Below, one piece after another: positions 29,831 to 39,495 of a DNA stretch of 64,000 nucleotides. How positions within the stretch are numbered: position 1 is the stretch's first letter; every line of letters begins with the position of its first letter. The stretch comes from an uncultured Actinomycetes bacterium (GTDB taxonomy: Bacteria; Actinomycetota; Thermoleophilia; UBA2241). Both the position numbers and the translations under genes were made by a program. The notes under the pieces were generated by a model. The model made no database searches. It worked only from the letters and a program-made list of their open reading frames with translations, and was not told where the DNA came from. The stretch lies in the NCBI GenBank assembly GCA_963833555.1, contig CAWHYB010000002.1, forward strand, positions 680,229 through 744,228. The letters run 5' to 3'.

Positions 29831-30206
29831 GCGGCGAGGGTGGCAAACGCAAACCGACAGCTAAACCTGGCAGGCTCACGCGGCGGTCACTCTTATGTCG
29901 AGGACATAGAAGCCGAAGAAATTGCGATCTCACCTGAAATTGGGAAAGGGGCGTAAGAGGCGCGCATCACCTTGGCAAAGCTATCGGCCATTTCGGCGAT
30001 CTTAAATTCGGCGATTGTTTCGCGTATGCGTGTGCCAAGGTGCTCGGTGTGGCTCTGCTCTATAAAGGAAACGATTTCGCCCATACCGATCTTGCCTAAA
30101 CTGGACATATCATGTGCTACCTAAACCGGCCAACTTAATTCGCTATCGACACCTGACGCCGTACCTCCCCGCCTCTGCTGGCCGCTGATGGTACGGCACA
30201 CGCCCA

Positions 30207-30392
30207 TCAGGCGATGGCATCGAGCCCCTTGGCCTTCACCAGCGCGAGCAGCTTGAGCGACGGGCCGGAGGGCCGCTTCTCGCCGCGCTCCCATTCGCCC
30301 ACCAGCTTCACCGCCACATTGAGGTAGCGCGCGAACACCGCCTGGCTGAGGCCTTCGCGCTCGCGCAACGCGGCCACCTCCGCCGCCGGCAT
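30207..30392 (-). CDS. HTH XRE-type antitoxin (HigA-like)
   Basis: LSQAVFARYLNVAVKLVGEWERGEKRPSGPSLKLLALV. Confidence 0.55.
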   Translation of the reverse strand: MPAAEVAALREREGLSQAVFARYLNVAVKLVGEWERGEKRPSGPSLKLLALVKAKGLDAIA

Positions 30393-30508
30393 GTCCCCGG
30401 CCTTAGTCAGGCAGGAACTCGTCGAACTCGCGCATGGTCTTCTTATCGATGACGCCAATTTCGTAGGCATCCGCTATCGCCTCATGCACCGCCGCCGCGG
30501 TCTTGCTC

Positions 30509-30879
30509 TTATAGGTCTTGGCCATCGCACGCGATCTCCATCCATTTGCCGGCGGCAACCATTGCGTCCGCCTGCTCCTCAGTCCAGCTCAGCATCGACG
30601 CGGCGGCTTGGCGCAACCGCTTCAGGTCCGCTTCGCCGATATTATCCAAGTCCTTCTTGGCGAAGCCGAATAGGAACACCGCGCGGGTTTGCGAGCGGAA
30701 GCAATAAGCGTGCGATAGCCGCCCGAGCGGCCTTGGCCCTGCCGCGCCACGCGCTGCTTGACGATGCCACCGCCTAGATCGGCATCCACGGCCCCGCGCC
30801 CGGCGCGCACGATGGCTTCGCATAAGGCCCGGTCTTCCAGCCGCTCCTTCTTTGCAAAGCGCTCGAAAGCCCGCGTCAT
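30509..30879 (-). pseudogene. RelE/HigB-like toxin, frameshifted
   Basis: MTRAFERFAKKE...GGYRTLIA (one frame) and FRSQTRAVFLFGFAKKDLDNIGEADLKRLRQAA (second frame). Lies upstream of the HTH antitoxin. Confidence 0.5.
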
Positions 30880-31484
30880 GAAAACCCGCAACCGTCCCTG
30901 CCTTCCAGCCCGTTGAGTAAATATACTCCCCTGAGGGGAGTGCTTCAAGGATTACCCCCCTTTCGCGCAACCAGGGGGCGGAATGAGCGGCAAGGGCTGG
31001 TCTCTCCAGACGAACTGTCCAGGCGAACCGATGCGCCGCGCGCCGCCACACAGGCAACCTTCAATCTTGCCTGCAATTCGTATATTATGCGGCGGTTGCC
31101 CGCATTTGGGGCGAGTTGTGCGCGGGCAAAAGCCTTCCTGTCATCGACGCAGCCATCGCCGCGACGGCACTTGCCCATTGTTTGACGCTCGTGACGAGAA
31201 GTACCAAGGATTTCGCCCCCTCCGGCGTGCCTATCCTCAACCCTTGGCGGATATAGCGAACGGTTTCCGCGATGGCTGCACGCGGGCGGCGGCGGCCTGC
31301 CTCTCAATTTCTGCCGCGGTATTCGGAAGCCGCCATCACCCATTTGCGCAAAAGAACGGGCAACCGAGTCCGGAATCGACCCGAGGGGAAGTTCCTTCTC
31401 CGGCGCCGCCGGAGGAAGAGGCAATCGAAGCACTTAGCCAAGTACAGCACGGGTTATGGAATCGTTTCTTTCTGGTGAGGCGCT

Positions 31485-31640
31485 ACCATGGTTAATCCCA
31501 ACAAGGTAAACGCGCGCATCGCGTGTTCAAATCGCGCGCATTTTTGCGTTTTTTTGCTCACTTTGGGCCGATTTCTGCTTTTCAAAATACCGGTTAAATA
31601 TAATCGAATATTTGAAATTAACCACGAAGATTCGCGGTGC
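31485..31640 (+). repeat. about 160-bp repeat, copy A (inverted partner at 38700-38872)
   Basis: About 90% identity over GGGCCGATTTCTGCTTTTCAAAATACCGGTTAAATATAATCGAATATTTGAAATTAACCACGAAGATTCGCG. Substitutions are not biased to synonymous positions, so the overlapping MVNP... ORFs are not coding. Confidence 0.6.
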
Positions 31641-32155
31641 GGACAGCCGTCTAGGCGTCCGTGTAAACTTCATGTGTTGCATCAATGCCTTAGCTGGCAC
31701 ACCACTTAACGCTTACTCAAGACATTTGTGCTATATTACTTCAAACTCGAAAGACAGCCGTCCGGCCCGCCAAGACAGCGGCCGTAAGTGGCCGGGAGAG
31801 TTAATATGAGGTTTGTAATGCGCCTGGCTTGCGCCCGTGGGGGAGCCAAGCAATCAAGTGGATTGGGTGTCCGATTTGCATCGGAGCATGGGAATTTTAA
31901 TCCCCGGATCGATGCGATCCGCGGCTTCCATAATAACACTCCCGCCTGGCATGGGCTCACCTGGGCGAGTTTGCAGCTCAGTTCGGCCGGGGATCGCTTG
32001 CAGATCAATGTGCTGCATGGCTGCCACTGTGGCAATAAAGCCCAGTTCGTGTTTGATTTCGATCAAGAAGGCCGCAAAAAAGCCGTGGCACCTGCTTAGC
32101 CAACACTCCCAAACTCCCTCGGGGGCGTAAGGTTTACGGAGCAGGAGCTGCAAGA

Positions 32156-32782
32156 ATGTTGAAAGTCGATGCCATTGCCTCGGCTAAGGCGGCACGGGAG
32201 CCATTTTGCTTCCTGGTGACGCAGGTTCTGGACCAGGGCGATCTGGAAAAGATCCGGGCCGATTTCCCAGCTATCGAGAAGCCAGGTATCTTCCCGCTGG
32301 AAGACCTGAAATACGGCGCGGCCTTTGAGGCGGTCATAAAGGAGATGAGGTCGCCGAAGTTTGCCGCGGTGATCGGCAAACAGCTCGATATCGATCTCAC
32401 CGGGCTGCCGACCATGGTCACTGTGCGCGGCCACGCTCAGGCCAAGGACGGGCGCATCCATACCGACACCAAGGATAAAGTCGCGACCTGTCTTCTATAT
32501 CTCAACGGCGCTTGGGACGAGGGCGGCGGACGGCTGCGCGTCTTGCGTGGCGGCCACGACCTCGAAGACTATATCGCCGAGGTTCCGCCGAGCGGAGGCA
32601 CCTTCGTCGCGTTCAAGGTCGCGGACAACTCCTGGCACGGGCACAAGCCCTTCGTCGGCGAACGCCGCTACATCATGATGAACTGGATGCGCTCGGACGC
32701 GGCCCGCAGCCGCCAGTACGGCCGTCATAAGTTTTCGGCGAAGGTGAAACGGCTTATCCCATTCTTTTATAGTGGAAAGTAA
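32156..32782 (+). CDS. 2OG-Fe(II) oxygenase superfamily protein (prolyl-4-hydroxylase-like)
   Basis: HTD...H iron-binding triad and WHGH; 208 aa. Confidence 0.6.
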   Translation: MLKVDAIASAKAAREPFCFLVTQVLDQGDLEKIRADFPAIEKPGIFPLEDLKYGAAFEAVIKEMRSPKFAAVIGKQLDIDLTGLPTMVTVRGHAQAKDGRIHTDTKDKVATCLLYLNGAWDEGGGRLRVLRGGHDLEDYIAEVPPSGGTFVAFKVADNSWHGHKPFVGERRYIMMNWMRSDAARSRQYGRHKFSAKVKRLIPFFYSGK

Positions 32783-33446
32783 CATGACAGGTACAGTAAC
32801 GCCCGCGGGGGCCAATCCCGTCGCGGAGAGTTTTCTTGCATGTCTTGAGCGTTCAAGGCACGCCACCTCGCCTTTCGATTACTGGCTTTTGGAAAAACCG
32901 CTTCCCGATGAGGATGCGACCGCGATAGCGAGCCTGCCCTTCGCGCCGCCGTCCGAGCTGATTTTTAACGGCAAGCGCGAGACCAACAACTCCACGCGCG
33001 TCTACTTCAACGCCGAGAACCAGGCCAAGTTCGATGTGTGCCGCCGCGTTGTGGCCGGGTTCCAGGACCCTCGCGTGCGCGGCGCCATCGAGCAGGCGAC
33101 GAAGACCGATCTTTCGGATGGGCACCTGCGGATCGAGTATTGCCAGGACACCGAGGGCTTTTGGCTTGAGCCGCATACCGACATCTTCGTGAAGAAGTTC
33201 ACGATGCTGGTCTATCTTTCGGACGATCCCCGCCTCAAGGCCGCGGGAACGGATGTGCATGGCGGCCCGCCGGATTTTCCGTATATCTGCTCGGCGCCTT
33301 ATGGCAAGAATCTCGGGGTGATCTTTATTCCGGGGCCGAATACTTGGCACGCGGTGGGCAAGCGCCCGCTGAATGGCGCGATCCGCAAGCACATCATCGT
33401 CAATTACGTCACGTCCGGGTGGCGGGACAAATACGAGCTGGCATAG
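32772..33446 (+). CDS. 2OG-Fe(II) oxygenase superfamily protein, paralog
   Basis: HTD triad, 224 aa, overlapping start with the upstream paralog. Confidence 0.55.
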   Translation: MESNMTGTVTPAGANPVAESFLACLERSRHATSPFDYWLLEKPLPDEDATAIASLPFAPPSELIFNGKRETNNSTRVYFNAENQAKFDVCRRVVAGFQDPRVRGAIEQATKTDLSDGHLRIEYCQDTEGFWLEPHTDIFVKKFTMLVYLSDDPRLKAAGTDVHGGPPDFPYICSAPYGKNLGVIFIPGPNTWHAVGKRPLNGAIRKHIIVNYVTSGWRDKYELA

Positions 33447-34520
33447 GGGGGCCGGGCCAGCTCGGAGGCGGAGCGAACCCGAAAGCGTCGCTCCGCCTAG
33501 TCTCATGTAATTGCGGGCTGTGTACGCCGCTCTTGTAGAGCGGTGTTTGCCGTTGTGCGCCATGATACCCTATTGGGGGCAGGCTGCGCGTGGGGCAGCA
33601 TCCCGCGGGCTTGCAGCCCCAGCGATGGGCACGGGACCCTGGATCGCAGGGCGCTGGCGCTTATGACGGTCCCTGTTGCACCGTGAGCGCCGTTTCCGGG
33701 ACACCGTGTCTTCATCAATCCGATAGTGGGGAGCAAGCCCAGGCCGTCTGGGCGCCAGGCGGCCGGCCGCCGGCTCACCGTGTTGCTCCGTCACCGCGAG
33801 CGCCAGCTTGAGGTAAACTCTGCGAAATATTCCAGGGCTGGTTTATGCATTCGCCATGGATTGCCATGGCCGCCATGCCCCTTTGCGATTACAACCGGCT
33901 CAATTGGTGCATTGTGCTCTATCAGGCGCGGCCGCGCTGGAATGGTTGGCACTGCAAAGTTTGCGAAGATTGGTTACCAAAATCTGAATTGAATTTCGCT
34001 TTTTGCGGGCGTAATAATTACAAGGTTTGCTGCGCGGGGGATGCTGGAATGTTGCGGTGCTGTGGCATGCGCAAAGAGCACCCGAAATACCGCTCAGTTT
34101 GCGTTCAGCACACCCAATATTATTTCCTGCGCTCCGGAAAGAGACATTCTTCCGGAAGAGCTAAATGTTAATTGATGATAATTATTGCGGTATTAATATC
34201 AGTATCTCAGTTTGTGCATCCGAGTTACATAAGCATTGCTAATGGATTTTTTCTCCCGGACTGTTGCATGTTTACTTGATGAGCCAATGCCTGCGCGTAT
34301 TGATTAAAAAGAATTCTGCTGCATCAGCGAATTTTTTGTTTGCACGGGCACAAAAATCTGTAAACTTACCCTCGATTGGGGAGGGTTATAACTATCGACG
34401 TGAGCCCTCCTTCCGAAAGGTGAATTGCGGATGCTGATTTTTTTGAGATCTATGAAATCAAATAAACGCGAGTCGCTGGGCTTCATATTGTAGTTGCTCA
34501 GTTCGCTCGCCAAGTAGGAT

Positions 34521-34958
34521 GTGGAGCCGACTATGTCAGCCGGAAAAGAAGAGGATGGCGTCAGGGACGCCAAGCGAATGAGGACCAAAGCCACACCAAT
34601 GACTACTGCAACCGTTCCAGAGGTGAAGCCTGGGGGTCAGGGTCGTGTGAAGGATCCTTCGCACGACAAACGTTTGGCGAGGAACCGGGTAGGCCCCACT
34701 GGCCAAGGGCGCGTCAAGGATAGGGGCAACGATAAGCGGCTGGCCCAGAATCGGCCCGGACCCACGGGCCAAGGCCGCGTGAAAAATCCAAAGGAAGACC
34801 GGCGGCTTTCCGCTAACCGGGAAGGCCCCACCGGACAGGGCAGGGTCAAGGATCCGACGCATGACCGGCGGCTTTCCGAGAACCGGCCAGGCCCCACGGG
34901 ACAGGGCAGGGTTAAGGATCCCGCCAGGGATAAGCGGCTCCGCGACAACCGCCCCTAG
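34521..34958 (+). CDS. hydrophilic protein of six 21-aa tandem repeats (G-P-T-G-Q-G-R-V-K-D-P-x-x-D-K-R-L-x-x-N-R)
   Basis: GGAG Shine-Dalgarno 6 nt upstream of ATG. Repeats are conserved at protein level but use different synonymous codons. Preceded by a 700-bp AT-rich region. Confidence 0.55.
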   Translation: MEPTMSAGKEEDGVRDAKRMRTKATPMTTATVPEVKPGGQGRVKDPSHDKRLARNRVGPTGQGRVKDRGNDKRLAQNRPGPTGQGRVKNPKEDRRLSANREGPTGQGRVKDPTHDRRLSENRPGPTGQGRVKDPARDKRLRDNRP

Positions 34959-35624
34959 CTGGTTGCAAGCATGCACGTGCACAACCACCGCGCAATCTTT
35001 GGTGGAAATCCTGAGCGCGTCAGCGGGAAACTGTCTTGCGTCTAGCGCACGCCTGAAGCAGACTACGCAGGCACGGGGCGAGGTTTCGCCTTCGTTGCGG
35101 AAATGGCTGTGGCATTTGCGCTTGCCGCCAGGGAACAGTTTTCCGGGGCCGTTGTTGCGCTCTCTGCACCGCCGCTCTCAGGCTTTTGCTAGATAGATAA
35201 CTTATGCCGATGACCGACCAAAACAAGCGCAGCTACCCTCTGAGCGTAGAGGGCGGGGGCGCACGGGTCACGCAGGACGAAGGGCTTGCCTCGGTGGTAT
35301 CGGCGTATCTCGATGGCGAGCTTTCGGGAGAGGAGCTTCGTGGAGTTAGAGACACTTTTGCGGAACAACGAAGCACTGTCGCGCGAGATCGCCGAGATGA
35401 GGCGCATCGACCGGCAGCTAACGGGGTTGGGCGCCGATATCCTGGCCGAGCCGATACCGGAAGCTTTGCTGGAGGCGTTGGCCCAGCTTGAGGACGAGTA
35501 AGAGCCACGCACGCATCGGACGGCCGGGAAAACGCCGTTCCGAGGGCTGCAAGGACATTGAATTCGCAGACATTGTCAAAGAGCCGCCAGGCCAACGTGC
35601 CATCAGCACGCTCCCCGGCGTGGT

Positions 35625-36383
35625 TTATGCCGCCGGGGCCATGTTCTTCGGGTTACCGGGAAGGAGCCTGACGTCTTCGCCAGCCGGAAAGGTCAGCGTG
35701 GCGCGGGTTCCGTGATTGCCGCGGCTCATAGCGCAGCACGCCGGATAGTTTATCCGCCATACCGGCCATGATGCGCTGGCCAACTCCGCGCGGCCGTGCC
35801 GACATCGGTCATGCCTCCGACGCCGTCGTCCTCCACGATGAGCTTTGCGTTCTGGCCCTCGGCGCAGAAGGGATACCCGGACGGGACCTCGTCCGCCGGG
35901 GTAGGCGTGCCTGAGCGCGTTCAAGATAAGCTCCGCCGCCACGATGCCCACCGCAACCACGGTATCGGGTCCAGCCTGGAGCGGATCGGAGGTAAAGGCG
36001 ATGGCGCTTTCCTCGCCGTCCCGTCCCGCTGAGACGTCCTTCAAGTCGCGGATCAGGTTTGAGAGATAGGCGCTTAGGGAAATCCAGCGCACGTCGAAAG
36101 AGGTGTAGAGCGAGCGGTGAACCCGGGCCACCGCGAGAACCCTGCTGTTGGCCTCCTTGAGAGCGGCCTTCACATCGTCATTGCCGGACATCTCCCCTTG
36201 AATGTGCAGGAGGGACGCGATCAATTGAAGGCTGTTGCTGACGCGGTGGTTGACCTCCCGCAAGAGCAGGGCTTGCTCTTCCGCAAGCGCCTTGAATTGA
36301 TCGCGGTCAGCGAGCACCCCGGCGTGAGCCTCGCCGTTATCCTGTTCCTGCCCGGTTAGAGATTTCTGCCTCCGGTTAGGCAT
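35625..36383 (-). pseudogene. HWE/HisKA_2-family sensor histidine kinase (PhyK-like), compensating frameshifts near 35650-35700
   Basis: LLREVNHRVSNSLQLIASLL H-box, LNALRHAYP, and C-terminal GTRATLTFP. Confidence 0.6.
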
Positions 36384-36612
36384 GGTGCGGGTCCACCGCT
36401 AGCCGCCAAAACAGGGCCTTGCCCAATGTCCCATTTGCAAGTGAGGTCATGGCAATGTCCATTTTCCGAGGCTCTTCTCTATTGTTAGTGAAACAAGGAT
36501 ATGTTGCACTCAAAATGTGTATTTCGTTGAAATAGTCAAGGTAGTGTGGATGGAGACGTGAAGTAGATATATCGCAAAAGTGCCGTATGTGCGCCAAAGG
36601 TTGAGGTGTGAA

Positions 36613-37128
36613 TCATGTGACAGGCTCAGCTCTAGTTTTCTCACCATTGGAATATTCTTCAAGACGCTGACGCGCCCGGCTCAGCCGGCTCTTGACCGTG
36701 CCAACCGGGCAATTGCAAACGGCGGCGGCCTCCTCGTAGGACAGCCCCTCGGCCGCGATCAGCACAATCGCCTCTCGCTGCTCGGGGGCAAGCCGGCCCA
36801 AGCTCTTCAACACATCCTGAAATTCGACATATTTCTCCTGCGTCGCCCGCAGCTCCAGATAACTCGGGTCGACTTCGTCCAGCGGAGCGGTCTGGTGATA
36901 CTTTCGGTACCTGATGCCGTTGTAGAAGCTGTTGCGCAGGATCGTGAACAGCCAGGCGCGCAAATTCGTGCCCATCTGGAACTTGTCGAGATTGGATAGA
37001 GCCTTGACGAGCGTATCCTGGACCAAGTCGTCGGAATGCTGCGCGCTTTGCGTTAGCGAAAGCGCGAACGCGCGCAGGTTCGGAATCCATTTGACCAGCT
37101 CGTCACGCAAAGCTGCGTGATCGCTCAT
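36613..37128 (-). CDS. ecfG: ECF sigma factor of the general stress response (EcfG/sigma-EcfG)
   Basis: 171 aa with sigma-70 regions 2 and 4. Co-oriented directly downstream of nepR. Confidence 0.8.
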   Translation of the reverse strand: MSDHAALRDELVKWIPNLRAFALSLTQSAQHSDDLVQDTLVKALSNLDKFQMGTNLRAWLFTILRNSFYNGIRYRKYHQTAPLDEVDPSYLELRATQEKYVEFQDVLKSLGRLAPEQREAIVLIAAEGLSYEEAAAVCNCPVGTVKSRLSRARQRLEEYSNGEKTRAEPVT

Positions 37129-37439
37129 GACCTCCGCTCCCGCTTTGCGATCTCCTCGATCAAACGAAGCATCTTTTCGGGGATCGGCTCTTTGAGAACG
37201 GTTTCGTACAACTGGACAATACCGGCGGTAAATCGCGCCTCGTCCAACTCTGCCTCCTTTGCTAGCGGCTTGGCGCGGCGCTCGCCGCTCCTTTCGTCCA
37301 GCACCTCCGCGGGCAGCGAGCGGGCACGGGCGGCCAGCCCTTGCGGGGCCGTCTCCCGGCTTTTCCGTTGCTGCTGCGTCTCCTGAGACGGGAGGAGAAC
37401 TTTCTCCTCGCTCTCGCCGGATGCGTCCATAATATCGAT
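37125..37439 (-). CDS. nepR: anti-sigma factor NepR
   Basis: C-terminal GIVQLYETVLKEPIPEKMLRLIEEI matches the NepR signature; overlaps the ecfG start. Confidence 0.7.
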   Translation of the reverse strand: MDIMDASGESEEKVLLPSQETQQQRKSRETAPQGLAARARSLPAEVLDERSGERRAKPLAKEAELDEARFTAGIVQLYETVLKEPIPEKMLRLIEEIAKRERRS

Positions 37440-37505
37440 CCTTGCCTTGGCTTGCCGGTGCCCCCGGACATTAATGGTCATGCCTAAAACGATGTTCACC
37501 CGGTG

Positions 37506-37530
37506 GAACACGTTGCGCGCACGTTTGTTG
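37506..37530 (+). promoter_or_regulatory. possible EcfG-type promoter (GGAAC ... GTT) upstream of phyR
   Basis: GGAAC at 37506-37510, with CGTT/GTT 11-17 nt downstream; spacing is ambiguous. Confidence 0.25.
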
Positions 37531-37580
37531 CAACGTGGACGCAACTATGTCGCGGCAATAGTTTAGGGGGTGTGACTCCA

Positions 37581-38408
37581 ATGGCAGTCTCTCAATCCAT
37601 CGCTCCTCATCTGCCATCGCTGCGCCGGTTCGCCCGGGCTCTTTCGGGGTCGCAGGAGAGTGGGGACGCCTATGTCGTGGCGCTGCTCGAAGCGCTGGCC
37701 GAAGACCCTTCCATGTTTCCGCTGGATATGGACCCCAAGATCGCGCTTTACAGGCTGTTCCTGAAGATCTGGAACTCCGTGGACGCGAACGCCTTCCCGG
37801 CCTTCAGGCTTGAGCAGACGGAAGCCATGCGGAGCCTGCAATCGCTGACGCCCGAGCCGAGGCAGGCGTTTTTGCTCCTGTCGGTCGAAGGCTTCGACGC
37901 CAGGGCAATCGCCCAGATTCTGGACACGAGCGAAGCCGATGCCGTGGCACTGGTGGCGGCGGCCGATCGAGAAATCGCGAGCCAGATCGAGCCGGCGGAC
38001 ATCCTGATCATCGAGGACGAGCCGATAACCGCGTCGCACCTCGAAGACCTGGTGCTGAGTTCCGGCCACCGCGTCACGGGGATCGCGCGCACGCATCACG
38101 ACGCTCTGAAGCTTGCGCATAAGCGGCGGCCCACGCTGATCTTGTCGGATATCCAGCTTGCGGACGGCAGTTCTGGCGTCGAGGCGGTGAACGAGATTTT
38201 GGCCGGGCTTGAGGTTCCCGTCATTTTCGTAACCGGCCATCCCGAGATGCTGCTGACCGGGGCGAAGCCGGAGCCGGCCTTCCTGATCGCCAAGCCGTTC
38301 AGCGCCGAAACGGTCAAGGCGGTGATCGGGCAGGCGCTGTTCTTCGAGGTCCGGTCGCGCGGGAAAGGCAGCCGCCGGGAGGCGGAGGCGCGCGGCGCTA
38401 GGGTTTGA
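37581..38408 (+). CDS. phyR: anti-anti-sigma response regulator PhyR (sigma-like N-terminus plus receiver domain)
   Basis: MAVSQSIAPHLPSLRRFARALSGSQESGDAYV... ECF-like domain and a C-terminal receiver domain (ILIIEDEP...). Divergent from nepR-ecfG. Confidence 0.85.
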   Translation: MAVSQSIAPHLPSLRRFARALSGSQESGDAYVVALLEALAEDPSMFPLDMDPKIALYRLFLKIWNSVDANAFPAFRLEQTEAMRSLQSLTPEPRQAFLLLSVEGFDARAIAQILDTSEADAVALVAAADREIASQIEPADILIIEDEPITASHLEDLVLSSGHRVTGIARTHHDALKLAHKRRPTLILSDIQLADGSSGVEAVNEILAGLEVPVIFVTGHPEMLLTGAKPEPAFLIAKPFSAETVKAVIGQALFFEVRSRGKGSRREAEARGARV

Positions 38409-38409
38409 G

Positions 38410-38530
38410 AGTTGGGGCTTGTTCGAGCGTTCCTTGTCCCTCCCGCAGCTGCTCGCGGCCGCGGGAGCAAGAATGGCAAGCTCGCCGCGAGCCGGCTTGG
38501 AGAAGGACAGGATGAAGGGGGGACTTCGCC
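38410..38530. repeat. mosaic palindromic intergenic repeat, divergent copy 4
   Basis: GTCCCTCCCGCAGC..GCGGGAG and CAAGCTCGCCGCGAGC motifs. Confidence 0.5.
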
Positions 38531-38699
38531 GCCTTGTAACGCCATGTTAACCCTCAAAAGTGCAGGGATTACCCCAAAAAGCGGTGCCTTTCGATCTTGA
38601 AGTATATTAGCACAAATACCTTGAGGTGCGCGTTAAGGCGGAGAGATTGCGTAAGCCATTGAAATAGTCACGCAATTAATGGTGCAACATCTCCGCTGG

Positions 38700-38872
38700 C
38701 GGGGGCTTGCGCGATTTTGTGGTTAATCGCAAATATTCGTTTATATTTAACGGGGTTTTTGAAACGCAGAAATCGGCCCGAAACGGGCAAAAAATCGACG
38801 AAATGCGCAAGAAAAGCGCATGCGCATCGCTCGTTTACTATAACCGGATTCACCATTATAGGGCGCTACGGG
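38700..38872 (-). repeat. about 160-bp repeat, copy B (inverted relative to 31485-31640)
   Basis: See copy A. Confidence 0.6.
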
Positions 38873-38988
38873 AAATTTACTTCCCGTTAAGGCACGCGGG
38901 AGCCGTTCCAAGCTAGTACCCGCCCATTCCGGCAGTTGCGCGCCAAATCCTGCGTAGCAGGCGGCGTCCAGATGAGGCGCGCCATGGA

Positions 38989-39364
38989 CTATTGGTGAGG
39001 CTCGGGCGGTGGGCAGTCCTCGCCTGCTTCCAGCCGGGCCAACCAGGCATCCGCTTCCTCGCCGGTGATGTGCTCGCCGCTTGCCCGGTACGCGGACCAA
39101 GCCGCCATGGCATCTGCCTTGAAGCGCTCGCCCGCTTCCTCGCGTAGCCCTTTATGAAACCCATCCCATTGCATGCCCTGCGAACCATCCTCCTCAAACG
39201 CTTTGAGCCGCCTGTTTAACTCCGCCTCCTGCCATTCCGGCAGCGGCAGGAGTTTCTCCTCCTCAAGGGTGGTCCAGATATCTTCAGCGAGTTGCAGACG
39301 ATCCTCGACGGATAGCTGCGGGAGTTCTTCCAAGCTGGGCCGGTGCATGCTCTGCTGCTTCATG
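38989..39364 (-). CDS. putative addiction-module antitoxin (Unstab_antitox-like) fused to or followed by a CopG/RHH antitoxin C-terminal remnant
   Basis: LSVEDRLQLAEDIWTTLEEE...LPEWQEAELNRRLKAFEED, followed by ...ADAWLARLEAGEDCPPPEP. ATG at 39364. The rest of the 408-aa track ORF is antisense to the caspase gene. Confidence 0.45.
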
Positions 39365-39495
39365 TCGTCCCCAACCTTAGCACATCGATGCGGTTCGTTC
39401 CAAATGCAGGCAGTTCGTAATGCACACCCACGCGTGCCATTGCGTCCGGTTTGTAACTGAGGCATAGCTGGGGAAACTCTGATGGTTGAATATCC

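Noticed and set aside
31488-31709. Similar MVNP... ORFs at 31488-31709 (+) and 38668-38856 (-)
   Set aside because: The two copies differ mostly by non-synonymous changes at the codon level. Conservation is therefore at DNA level, so they are treated as a non-coding repeat pair.
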